From Basidiobolus meristosporus CBS 931.73 (lineage: Eukaryota; Fungi; Basidiobolomycota), in assembly GCA_002104905.1 (NCBI GenBank), contig MCFE01000079.1:62001-126000 (forward strand): a DNA stretch of 64,000 bases. Reading direction: 5' to 3'. The notes below the pieces were generated by a model. That model did no database searches. It saw only the letters and a list, made by a program, of their open reading frames with translations, and was not told the DNA's origin. The translations under genes and the position numbers were made by a program. Below are positions 26,184 through 38,500 of the stretch, one piece after another. Within the stretch, counting starts at the first letter, position 1. Each line of letters starts with the position of its first letter.

Positions 26184-29100
26184 TGTTGTAAAAATTTGTA
26201 ATTCCACCTAAATATTCACCTAACTTAGTTACTTAGATCATTACCCTCAAATCCTAGAGAATACTGATCAAATTCCTTGTTGGGATTTACTTAGAATCTT
26301 TTCACCAAAATGCCAGGTACCCAGAACATGAAAATTCTCAAAGTTGTCCAAACAGCCCCAAACTTTGCACACATGTACTTGAGACCTTCCTTAACCTATT
26401 TTATGTGTTTTTTATGCCAAGATCATGTAAAAGTATAAATACTACTTTTGCATTCTATGAATCATTAAGTGAAAACCACATAATCTACTTGTTCTCCCAA
26501 TCACTCTCAATATTTCCAAGACTCTTTTAACAAAAACCTCATTATCTATTAGCACTCCTAATCACTTCCAATATATTCAATTCTCTTACAACAGCTTAGA
26601 GCCATGATGGAAAGAGAAACTGGTGAAAAAATCAAGAAAATATGCTTTGGCAATGAGGATGTTATACTTCAAAGCTCTTGATCCATTACTTTAAAGTTCA
26701 TGGGATAAATCAACAGATTACTGCACCATACTCCCCACAGCAAAATGAAGTAGCCAAACATTACAGTAGATCAATAATTGATATGACAAGATCTACGATC
26801 CATGATCATATATTATGTTATCATTTCTGGGTGGTATCAATTGTAGCTCAATTGTAGCCCAAATTACTATATCAATGAGGATACAAACCTAGACTATGCC
26901 TATTCAGTCCATATTAATGAGACCCAGACTGTAAAAGAGGCCCCAAATATCCCTCAGTCAAGGTTTTGGAGATCTGTAATGACTGATGAATATCAGGCCC
27001 TGATGGAAAATCAAACTTGGGACTTAGTCAAATTACCAATCCACCAAAAGTCCATTGGATGCAGATGGGTCTTCAAGACAAAATACAAGGCTGATGGTAC
27101 AGCTGAAAGATACATAGCAAGTCTTGTAGCCAAAGGCTACTCTCAAACAAAAGGACTTGACTATACTAATGTTGTAAGAGTCTTGAAGATATTGGAAGTA
27201 ATTGGGAGAACAAATAGATTATGTGGTTTCACTTAATGATTTATTGAATGTAAAAGTAGTATTTATACTTTTACCTGGTCTTGGCATAACAAGCATGTAG
27301 AATAGGCTAAGGAAGGTCCCAAGAACATGTGTGCAAAGTTTGGGGCTGTTTGGAGAACTTTGAGAATTTTGATGTTCTGGGTACCCGGCATTTTGGTGAA
27401 GATATTCCAAGTAAATCTTGACAAGAAATTTGGTCAGTATTCTCTAGGATATGAAGGTAATGCTCTAAGTGACTAGCTTAGATGAATATTTAGGTGGAAA
27501 TACAAACTTTTACAAACTCCCACACAGCTAAATGTTCTTACTTACTAGTCCTAATTTTGACCTAAGATATTCAAACTTGTCTCTGGCTAATGGTTCAGTA
27601 AATATGTCATCAATCATTTCATCTGTAGGACAGTAAACTAAGCTAACTAAGTTATTCTCTATAGCTTCACATATGAAATGATGTCTAATATCTATGTGCT
27701 TAGTTCTAGCTTGAAAAGTTGGATTTCTACCTAAATATATACATTCTTGATTATCTTGAAATAAAGAAATAGGCATTTATTGACATAGGTCTAAATCTGT
27801 AAAAAGTTTCCTTTGCCACATTGCTTCTTTTGTAGCTTCACAGGCTGCCATACACTCTGCCTCTGTGGTGGAAAGTGCTACAGTTGGTTGCTTTCTTGAG
27901 TTCCATGAAATTGCTCCTTGACAGTAAAGAATGGTGTATCCTGTGGTGGATCTTCTGTCATCTAAATTTTGTCCTCAATCAGCATCAGAGAATCCCACAA
28001 GATCCTGTTCTGAGTTCCTATAAGTGTATTTTAAGCAGATATCAGCAGTTCCTTTGAGATATCAAAATATCTGCTTAACTGCTACAATATGATCAGATCC
28101 ATAGTTCTGATTATGTTGGCTGACAACCCCCACTGAATATGAGATATCTGGATGTGTTCCAAGCATAATATACATCAGACTGCTGACTATAGATTGATAA
28201 GGAAATTCAGGGCTATCAGATGGCACCAAGCTCTCTTGATTTGGTTGAGTTTTGACCAAGTTAAGGTTTGCTTCCATTGGGGTAGCTGCCAGTTTACAGT
28301 CTTCCATTTGGTACTTCTTTAGTACATCTTGAATATACTTGGACTGGCTTAGGGTGATAGTCTTGGTACTTCTGTCTATGGAGAACTTAATCCCTAAGTA
28401 GTAACTGAGTTCTCCTAGATCAGACATCCTGAACTCCTTAGATAGGCTGGATTTAGTCTTTTCCAATGTTTCTAGGTTATTGGTGGCTATAATAAGATCA
28501 TCCACATATAGAGCTAATAGAACTTGATTTGCTCCATCTGGCTTATAGTATATACTATACTCTGCATTACTCCTTTTGAAACTCAAAGATTCCAAATGAG
28601 AATTTATCTTGCAATTCCAGGCTCTTGGTGATTGTTTGAGACCATATAGTGACTTTATAAGCTTGCAGACCAAATGGGGGCTATCTTGGTCAATAACCCA
28701 TCAGGCTGGCTCATATACACGTCCTTGTCATGTTCTCCATTCAAAAATGCAGTATTTACATCCATTTGATGAATAAGGAACTTATATTTGGCTGCAATAG
28801 CCAACATTAATCTGATGGTATTAAACTTGGCTACTGGTGTGGTGGTGTATAAGTCCAAAGGGCAAAATATGGCCAACACTTCTCAAGTATGAATGTGTGT
28901 GGGGTGCTCACTGGGTGCAATAAACTCTGGCAAAAGCTTGCTAGGAATACTGGGTCTTTGGTCTAATCTAATGTGAAAGGGGATAAAGCCTCAAGCTTGT
29001 CAAGGGAAAACTATTGAACTACAATCCCCAACTTAGTTGGCGTCTTAACAAAAGTTTATAATGGCTTTGATGTCCTTTGAGATGACAATGTACAAAAGCT

Positions 29101-30247
29101 TCCAAAGTCAAAACAACTGTAAACTCCACCAACAGGGACTTGATAAGAATGCAGCTTTGACCAATAGTTACAAAGACTGAAAAGTATCTTTGCCTGTACA
29201 AGAACAAACTTGGGAAAACAAACAAAATATAATAAAATATACCTACTCTGAGTATTCCTCACAAGTAGTACCTCCAAGGTCAGTTGGCTGTCAGCACGGT
29301 TTCCTGGGAGTATTGTTGGGTGTGAGTCAGAAAATAGTGGTAATAGGCAGGAAGTTTCCAGACGGTGTGGTGGTGTAGAGGTACTCCTGGGAGAAGCTAC
29401 ACAACTCAAGGTGTGTGAGGTGTCTGATGGGTGCAATAACCTCTGTGTCTAAACTGCTGGTGTATTTGTCAATATGTCACTATGGTAAAAGCTCCTGCTT
29501 CTCTAGCTTCCTAGGTGCTCCAAGTGTCTCCAAAGGCCTCTGTGTGTCTTGTGCACTACCCTGAAAAGCTCCTTGATGGCAGGTCTGAGATGTACTGTTG
29601 AAGGCAGGTGCAGCGATCAACTGCTAATCAATAAGGTACAAGTGTTACTGATAGAAGGGATGATTTATTGATGAGGGGTTGCTTTCCCTTAAATACTTTT
29701 CCTGATTGCCAAGTGATTAGTAATGTAAAGGTTCTAGAAGATTCTAGGTATCAGTGGAATTCTTGATGACATCACTATGAGCTAAAAATATGCCAAGAAT
29801 GTCCTGGAAGGTTCTAAAAGGCACAGCACTCTCAACCAATCAGGAATCAGTAGTCTGAAACCTGTGCAACATAGAAATACCATATATGGTATTGAAATGG
29901 TAGGGATGGTAACACAGACCTAGGTCATGTGTCACGGGTACTGACGCGGGTACTTGCCTTATATAGATACATCTACTGATCACAAAGCTGAATAACATCT
30001 GGGATAACTAATGCTAATAACTAATCAGGGTAAACATCATATGGGGATAATACTGATAATATGGGCAAAAGAAGAATGGGATAATACTGATAAGATAAAA
30101 TATGGATAAGTATATCATAATGACTATATGAATAAACTTGTCTGTGGGAGGTATATTTACCCTACCACATCCACCCCCCACTTGAGCTAAAAAGCTTCAG
30201 GGAACTTTGTAGCTAACCACTGTAAGTTTGCAGAACAAAGTGCTCTC

Positions 30248-31084
30248 TCAGTCTTCCTCAATGAAGCCACCTGTCCTTTCTTGAGATAGAAATGTAAATG
30301 ATGTCATTGATCGGATATTGTTTGAGTCCACACCACAGAAGGTTGCTGTTAGTCCTGGGCTCTCTGAGTATATAGTATACCATGCTGAACCATCTGGGTA
30401 GTTCACTGCAGTTGCTCTTGCTTTTACCTCCCATGGTCTTCCAAGAAGTAATTCAAAGTTAGCCTTTGCACAAATGAATACTGGGATCTCATGGGGTATT
30501 CCTTCAATGATGAGAGGGAAGCTGTGAATAATTCCTAAAAGCTTTGATTGCCCTGAGTTGGCATCCTTCATGCTCCAATTGATATTGGTGTCTATGGGCA
30601 ATAGGTCTTTGCATGGTAGTTGTTTCCAAGCCTCCAAAGGCATCACACATATCTCAGATCCACTGTCTATATGACATAGGATTTCTTGATTATGCACAGT
30701 TCCTGTAGTTGTTGCAGTTGCCACTGAGTAGTAGTGTTTCTGGCTTTGATGCAGCTTACTGATATCTTGGCTTCTTTGAACTGTCCTGACCTGGTTGCCT
30801 TGAGTTGCTTCAATTGGATGCTTTCTTATTCTGATATGCTCATCCAGAGTCTTTCTTACAGATGGTGATACACTGAGTAGCTCTCCAACCTTGATTGATA
30901 TGTTGCTTCCTAGTATATGACTTGTCAGAGCCTCTGGGGTACCATTTTGCTTGACTCTAGGCTGCATGTGGTAGTTGTTGGCCTTGGCAGACTCTTGTAA
31001 AATTAATGGGGGTGATGCTTTCTTCTCAATCACAACTTCTGGCTCACATCTTGGTACTTTTGTTGCTGGGCCTGGATTAGCCAT
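30248..31084 (-). CDS. Retropepsin (aspartic protease) ORF, 278 aa, in the -1 frame relative to Gag
   Basis: Catalytic CHIDSGSEI and C-terminal LLLGRPW motifs. Overlaps the Gag ORF by 55 nt. Stops 78 nt before the 3' LTR. Confidence 0.9.
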   Translation of the reverse strand: MANPGPATKVPRCEPEVVIEKKASPPLILQESAKANNYHMQPRVKQNGTPEALTSHILGSNISIKVGELLSVSPSVRKTLDEHIRIRKHPIEATQGNQVRTVQRSQDISKLHQSQKHYYSVATATTTGTVHNQEILCHIDSGSEICVMPLEAWKQLPCKDLLPIDTNINWSMKDANSGQSKLLGIIHSFPLIIEGIPHEIPVFICAKANFELLLGRPWEVKARATAVNYPDGSAWYTIYSESPGLTATFCGVDSNNIRSMTSFTFLSQERTGGFIEED

Positions 31085-32103
31085 TTTTTCAGGATGGTGT
31101 CTCTTTGAAGCATAAATTGAGCTATATGATCTTGGGCCTCTCTGGGGTCCTCATAGTCAAAGTTCAGAACTTCAGCTGGATCAAAGTAGTCAGGATCTTC
31201 TTCTTCATGGAGGTGAACCTTTCTTGTATGAGAGGTGACTTGCTTGTAGTGAACTCTCATTCCTCCTTGTCCAAATGCTGTGGATAATTTGTCACCATGC
31301 TTACTGACTATGTATCCCTGAGGATTATATAGGACATCACCTGTGGATAGTAATGACTGAAGCTCTTGGCAATTTCTTTTGGAATGGTTGGCAGAGTCAC
31401 ACCACATGCATGTATATTTGACTTCTTTCTCTACTGGCTTCTGACCATATGCTTTGCTGGCAAGTAGCAAAGAGAGTTTCTCTAGTTGCTGTGTCAGCTC
31501 CTGAATTTGAGTGCTTTGATTGCTGGGATTAAGTATGTCTTGGCTATCTTGGTTTTGTTCTGGGCTTGAAAGAAGCTTTCTGACTGGTGAGGTTTCTTCA
31601 GGGGCAAGTAGAATCTGCTTGGCTAACTGAAATGCAGGCAGTGAACTCATAGCTTTCACAGTAGGATTGTTTTCAATCCTTCTCACCAGGCCTTCTGGTA
31701 GTGCTCTGAGCAGATAGGCAGATAAAGTCAGATCAGTGATAATGCCTTGGGCTTTCAGTGACTCTCCAATTTGCTCAAGGCCACTCAAGTATTCTTTCAA
31801 TGGTAGCAGCTTAAACTTGCTATAAGCAAAGTTCTCCAAGTCTTTAAGTGTGTAGTCAACTTGTCTCTCTCCATATTCATCAATCAAGTAGCTCTTCAAG
31901 AGGGTCCAATTTGTCAGCAGATCATTTCTTTCATATAAAGAGAGCATGATCTCATCAGTGCTGTAGGGGGACATCTCTTCAGCCATAATGGCCTCAGGTA
32001 TTTTGTGGGCTCTGCAGAAAAGCTCCCACCTCTTGATGAAAGCTTTGACTTTAGTTCCATCAAAGAAAGGGGTTCCTTGCATTCCTGGTAAAGGTAGATC
32101 CAT
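31030..32103 (-). CDS. Retroelement Gag, 357 aa, with a CCHC zinc knuckle
   Basis: Uninterrupted ORF starting about 50 nt after the PBS. Contains C-x2-C-x4-H-x4-C (CMWCDSANHSKRNC) and an N-terminal TPFFDGTKV..FI..W gag-like motif. Confidence 0.88.
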   Translation of the reverse strand: MDLPLPGMQGTPFFDGTKVKAFIKRWELFCRAHKIPEAIMAEEMSPYSTDEIMLSLYERNDLLTNWTLLKSYLIDEYGERQVDYTLKDLENFAYSKFKLLPLKEYLSGLEQIGESLKAQGIITDLTLSAYLLRALPEGLVRRIENNPTVKAMSSLPAFQLAKQILLAPEETSPVRKLLSSPEQNQDSQDILNPSNQSTQIQELTQQLEKLSLLLASKAYGQKPVEKEVKYTCMWCDSANHSKRNCQELQSLLSTGDVLYNPQGYIVSKHGDKLSTAFGQGGMRVHYKQVTSHTRKVHLHEEEDPDYFDPAEVLNFDYEDPREAQDHIAQFMLQRDTILKKWLIQAQQQKYQDVSQKL

Positions 32104-35100
32104 GGTCTTGATAATTTGTTCTTTCTTAAGTCTTCTAGGGGCAGTTCAGTCAAACCCCCCACGTTGGGTGCCAAATATGGGGTGGTGTAGAGGTACTCCT
32201 GGGAGAAGCTACACAACTCAAGGTGTGTGAGGTGTCTGATGGGTGCAATAACCTCTGTGTCTAAACTGCTGGTGTATTTGTCAATATGTCACTATGGTAA
32301 AAGCTCCTGCTTCTCTAGCTTCCTAGGTGCTCCAAGTGTCTCCAAAGGCCTCTGTGTGTCTTGTGCACTACCCTGAAAAGCTCCTTGATGTCAGGTCTGA
32401 GATGTACTGTTGAAGGCAGGTGCAGTGATCAACTGCTAATCAATAAGGTAGAAGTGTTACTGATAGAAGGGATGATTTATTGATGAGGGATTGCTTTCCC
32501 TTAAATACTTTTCCTGATTGCCAAGTGATTACTAATGACAAGGTTCTAGAAGACTCTAGGTATCAGTGGAATTCTTGATGACATCACTATGAGCTAAAAA
32601 TATGCCAAGAATGTCCTGGAAGGTTCTAAAAGGCACAGCACTCTCAACCAATCAGGAATCAGTAGTCTGAAACCTGTGCAACATAGAAATACCATATATG
32701 GTATTGAAATGGTAGGGATGGTAACACAGACCTAGGTCATGTGTCACGGGTACTGACGCGGGTACTTGCCTTATATAGATACATCTACTGATCACAAAGC
32801 TGAATAACATCTGGGATAACTAATGCTAATAACTAATCAGGGTAAACATCATATGGGGATAATACTGATAATATGGGCAAAAGAAGAATGGGATAATACT
32901 GATAAGATAAAATATGGATAAGTATATCATAATGACTATATGAATAAACCTGTCTGTGGGAGGTATGTTTACCCTACCACAACGGTAGTAGACAGCCAAT
33001 CATGTCATTGTGTACTAAAAATAGCGCAAATTCTTGGCGGATTGTTCCATGAGTTATAGTAGCACCTAGCCAATTAGGTAGTAGTAATATGAAACCCCTG
33101 TGTCATGTAGTTGCCTCTTATGATAGTAGGATAGGAGGGTTATGAAACCATGATGGTCACATGACATGGGCACTGTTGGGGGTACTTGCCTTATATGGTA
33201 ACTATCTTATCTTGGTATCTTGGCAAGGAATAGGAATAGCTTGTACAATGGGTTAATAGTGACAAATAGTTTGTCAGGTTGCATAGTGATAATCACATAG
33301 ACAGAATAGAAATATTGCAACTTGGGATGATACTAATATAGGGGGGGTAATCCTTTTTAGGGAAGTAAACGTATGGGAATTAGCACATCTGCCTGTGGGT
33401 GTCACTGTGACCTCACTACACTGGTGCAAAGGTCTCAATATAGTCAAGTCCTTTTGTTTGAGAGTATCCTTTGGCCACAAGTCTTGCTTTGAGTCCTTCA
33501 ATTGTAACATCAGCCTTGTATTTTGTCTTGAAGACCCATCTGCATCCAATGGATTTTTGGTGGATTGGTAATTTGACTAAGTCCCAAGTTTGATTTTCCA
33601 TCAGGGCCTGATATGCCTCAGTCATTGCAGATCTCCAAAACTTTGTTTGAGGGCTATTTAGGGCCTCTTTTACAGTCTGGGGTTCATCAATATGGACTGA
33701 ATAGGCATAGGCTAAGTTTGTACCCTCATTGATATAGTAATTTGGTCAATTTCTTATCTGATTGGATCTCTTGGCATTCAATACTGGAATGATCACTTCT
33801 GGGATATTCCTGGGCACTGATTCTGACTGAGCCACAGTTATAGAGTCCTCTGGAGTGAAAAAATTTTCATTGTTTTGCTCTAATTCAATCTTGACAATTG
33901 GTGGATTTGAGATCAGATTTTTGTCATCATCTGATGTCTTTTTTTGTGAAAATTTTAAATTTTCATCAAACAACACATCCCTGGACATCATTAGCTTCTT
34001 TGCTTTTGTATTGTAGAGTCTGTGTGCTTTACTCTCATTGCAGTAGCCCAAAAATATGCATTTTACATTTTTTGGCTCAAATTTTGACTGATTTCCGGGC
34101 AGTTTCTTGGCATATGCTGTACACCCAAATATTCTTAGATGTTCTGCACTTGGTCTGTATCCATACCATGCTTCAAGTGGAGTAAAATCAAAAAGTATTC
34201 TGTTTTAACTCCTTTTTTTAAGCTTTACAGCAGCAGCAACTGATTCCACCCAAATATCAAAGGATAATTTTTGATCATGAATCATGGATCTTGCCATATG
34301 AATTATTGATTGGTTAACATGTTCTGCTGCTCCATTTTGCTGTGGAGAGTATGGTAGAGTAGTTTCTTGCTTTATCCCATGAATTTTGCAGAAGTGGATG
34401 AAGAGTTTTTATGTATATTCTCCACCATTGTCAGAGTGTATTTTCTTGATTTTTTCACCAGTTTCTCTCTCCACCATGGCTTTGAGCTCCCTGAACTTAG
34501 ACAGAGCTTCTTCTTTCTCTCCATGAAGTAGACCCAAGTGTATCTTGCATAATAATCAATAAAAGTGATTAAATACTTGATCCTGCCTAAGGATAAATAT
34601 TGCATAGGTCCACACAGATCTGAGTGAATTAGGTCTAATTTTTTCTTAGTTTTGATCAGCCCAGAGCTCTTGAACAGTTGTCTGGCTTGTTTCCCATATA
34701 TGCAGGCTTCACAGTGCTCCAAATTAGCTGGGGGATCAATTTTTTACTCCATAAATTAGCTGATCTTTGATCATTTTGCACAAATAATCAAAATTGATGT
34801 GCCCAAATCCCCAGTGCCAAAGCATTGGTGTTTCTTCATTTAAGTTACTTATATTGGCTTCCAGATATGATGGAATATAAGTCAACTTGTATAGATTCTG
34901 ATCTCTGATACCCAAAGCAATACAGGCACCATTCTGATCAGTGAAGTTGCATCCAGAATTGTCAAAGCTGAAACTGAGTCCTTCTGCAGTGGCCTTGCTT
35001 ACAGATAGTAGGTTCTTGGCTATTTCTGGTACATAGAGTACTTCTTTAAAGGTCAGTGTATGGCTTCCTTCACTGCTTCTAAGGTTTACTTGGATAGTTC

Positions 35101-35560
35101 CTTCTCCCACTGCATCAAGTGTTCTATCATCACCCATGAAAGCCTTCTTAATTGGAATTTCTTGATATTGGGTAAAAAGTTCTTTTTGGTGTGTAAAGTG
35201 TTGAGATGCTCCAAGTCAATATACCACGTTTAAGAATCCTTGTTTGTGGTCATATTTAGTGCAGATATGAATAGTCTATCTTCAGTTGTTGCAGCATTTC
35301 CATATTCAGGCTTCTTTTTCTGATAATCTTTCTTATTGAAGCACTGATCTGATGTGTCCTTTCCTTTTGCAGTAGTTACAAAGCAGGTTGCTGTTGCCTT
35401 TGTAGGGTTTTGAGTACCTCCTTTGTTGGTTATCATTGCTTATTAAAGCATTTTCTTCTTCCTTCTTATTGGGGCTTGATTTTCCTAATTCTTCAATCAG
35501 GAGCCTTCCATATATGTAATTTAAGGTCAAATCTTCAGTTCTGGACTCTAGGGCTCATAC

Positions 35561-38500
35561 TGTTGTAATTATTAAGTTGGCACCAAAACATTCATGCTAA
35601 CTTAGTCACATAGACCTTTTTCTTTGATTAGCATTTTGTCCTTGCCAGTTTCTTGTTGGAATTTACTTAGAATATTTTCACCAAATTGTCAGGTACCCGG
35701 ATTATTATTTTTCTCAAAGTCATCCAAAAGACCCCAAACCTTGCACACATATTCTTGGACCTTCCTTAACAAACTCTACACGTTTGTTTCCTCTACTTTA
35801 TCAAAACTATAAATACCATACTTTTGATCAATAAATCTACAAGTGAATAACATGTAAATCCTCTAGTTCTCCACATCATTTCCAATACTCCTCAGAATAT
35901 TGCAACAGGTTATGAGCCCCAAGCTTGCTGTCCTCTTGGTGTCTATTTTGCTTTGGATCCTTTTTTCTGCTAGTCTGGAGAAAGACTTTCCGCACTATTG
36001 CCCTGCTAAGGTTTAAGAAGACTACTGCTGCTAAAGGACTATGTTTATGAGAATATTGCTGTGGAGAAGAAGGCCTTGCCTTCAAAAGATACCTTCAGTA
36101 GCTACTCAAGTTAATTATGAAGAAGAGTCAATCAAACTGGCATGTAATTATGTCAAGAAATATAGTACCTTAGTGCTCTACCACTACTGAAGAGAATTGC
36201 GTAATTCCAGCAATTGAAGGGTTCAGATCTACAATGAAATATACTGCAATATGTATTCATATGACCCAACTTGACTGATAAATGAGCTTTTGGATAGGAT
36301 GTTATCCTCAATTGCAAAAAAAAAGATCATCATTGAATGATTGCCGGAGGAGGATTTTGCCAAAATCTGTTGCCACTCAAAATACAACTGAGAATGCAAG
36401 TACTGGAGTTGTTAACCACCATTCTGGACTATCTACTGATGGAAAAAGATCTCAGAAACAAGCTCCCTGAATTGTATGGATCCCAAAGATATATAATGCA
36501 AATATATCCACCTGGAGTACGGATATGTATTAGACAATCCATTGGAAGAAGGCTATAATTGTATCAAGTGTTTTGATACTGAAACCAGTGTACCAGGAGC
36601 TAAATATGAAGCTGTCAGACGTGCTATCACTCTGTTTAAGTCTCAAAACAGTGGGCAAAAGTATTATACAAATTTAGCAAAATCACCTCCAGAAGATTCT
36701 ACCGCCAGCCAAAAGAGCGAAGCATATAATTTCAAGCCTGATTGAAGTACACAACCAAGCAACAGTTGGTCAGTACACAGCTAAGAGCCACTCAGAAGAT
36801 AACATAGTACTTTATACTTGTTAAATATATATCACTTATTACAGTGGGAGAAAACACTTGGTGATATTTAACTACTCTGTATCAGATCAGAAGAATTTTG
36901 ATTGATCAAATCACTGCCAGGCTACACAACTCAGAATACTGATATATTGGAGTCTGATACCAAAGTATTGATGAAGCTAGCTATCAAATGCAGTTTATTT
37001 CATCAAATTTGGTCAACTCTATCAAAAGTTATGACTGATCTAAGTGGATGCCAATTTTGATCATTTCACTCTCAAATAGTCAGATATTCTGGAACTATGA
37101 TCTCATGGAGACTCTTGTGCTTAAAAACACTGTGGTACCACCTGCAAGGAAGTCCAGAACCACCCCACAAAAGGAATTATCCCTGGGTCATCAGCAGAAA
37201 AAGAAAAGAAGAAAAAATGGAAAATACCACTACCGCAAACTAGGGTACTTCCCAAATGCAGCCAAAGCTTATGTAGGCCATATTTGGACTATCTGGCAAT
37301 GCAGATATGTTCTATGGAGCCTCTTGTACAAAGTTCTTAAGCCAGAAACCCCAGAAGAGCCTTGAAATTTCAACAGGATCTGTCATATATTGTAGTATAA
37401 ATTGGAACAGATTATTTAATGCAGAAGTCTTGATGTCTGCTGTCTATGGAGCGGAAAGAAAAAGGTGCAAGGATCAACCAGATGGTTTTTATGGATTCTG
37501 AAGACACTGAGAAGATCAGTTAGCCTTGGAAACCAAGCTCAAGGCTCAAAATAACTATCAGGAGAATAAGGATAATTGAAGCCCTTGTTAAGGAGAATCT
37601 CACTTCTGGAAAAGCTCCAATCTCTATTCTACAAGTATATCCTGATAAGACAAAAGCAGCTGTATCAATCCAAATCAGTAGAAGCACTCTAAAAATAGCT
37701 ACCAAACAACCTATGGTGTTGTCCAATACCATACTGGGTAAATTAAGAAGCAAATGGACTTTGAATCTACTGCAAATGAAGTAATCAGTCCAAAGAAAGT
37801 TATTGCTATTTAAAGAAGACAAAGATGACCATTCTCAATCATATTTGTGGATCTGCATCACTATGCAGACGTGGTTCAAGTGGGAGCAGGCCATCCCAGC
37901 TCAGAGTTGAGCAAAAACCTTCTTTTTTGGCCATGTTATATGTGCCACAGAGCCAGGAAACAAGGATAATCTGGATCAGGTGTAAATGACAAAACCTTAA
38001 CTTGACCCAAAGTAGGTCACTATTTTTTACCTCATATAGCATCTACGTGCTGGAAGTAACTGTCCCTGAGCCTAATATGGACACACAGTGAAGTTGTCTA
38101 AATGGATTAGCCTGTTGGCCAGAAATAAGGAAACTCCAGATCTGCCATAAATGACAAAACTTTAACTTGACCAAAAGTGGGTCACATTTGCTCAAATAAG
38201 AAGCATTGGATAGCCCAGAGGCTATATATCATTATTACAATCTGTCAATTAGACTCAGCTTACTTTTCAAGCCAGTGCAACTGATCAAAGTTCATGATTA
38301 GTATTATGCTCAGATCATTCAAATTTTTAGGCATACTACCAAGTAGATTTGCACATTGAGTTCCAAGTTACTTGTTAAATTAAGATGAACACAAATGCAT
38401 ACACTGTTGGATAATACATTAGTCAAGTATGCAATATAGTCAAAATCTTACATGCTTATTACAGATTGCACACTCTCAATATGTATTTATTACTCATGAA

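Larger units (their letters stand above)
29366..32981 (-). mobile_element. Non-autonomous LTR retroelement family B (Gag and protease only), 4-bp TSD ACGG
   Basis: Two 804-bp LTRs (29366-30169, 32178-32981; about 11 differences by eye). ACGG at 29362-29365 and 32982-32985. PBS TGGCACCCAACGTGGGGG (minus strand 32173-32156). PPT AAGTGGGGGGTGGA (minus strand 30183-30170). The internal region is 2008 bp. Confidence 0.95.
28838..33420. repeat. Solo LTR family C (about 963 bp once the nested element is removed), 4-bp TSD CTGG
   Basis: TGTGGTGGTGTA...CACTACA, with CTGG at 28834-28837 and 33421-33424. It splits the copia RT motif ETFAPV|AKFNTIRL. It shares its terminus, the tgggtgcaataa block and the gggtacttgccttatat block with family B. 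Confidence 0.85.

Noticed and set aside
26179-26537. AAAAC as the TSD of a solo LTR-D at 26184-26532
   Set aside because: The left flank is gypsy pol (FDFVNSYRPG) but the right flank is another LTR 3' end, so the flanks do not restore a colinear host. The match may be chance.
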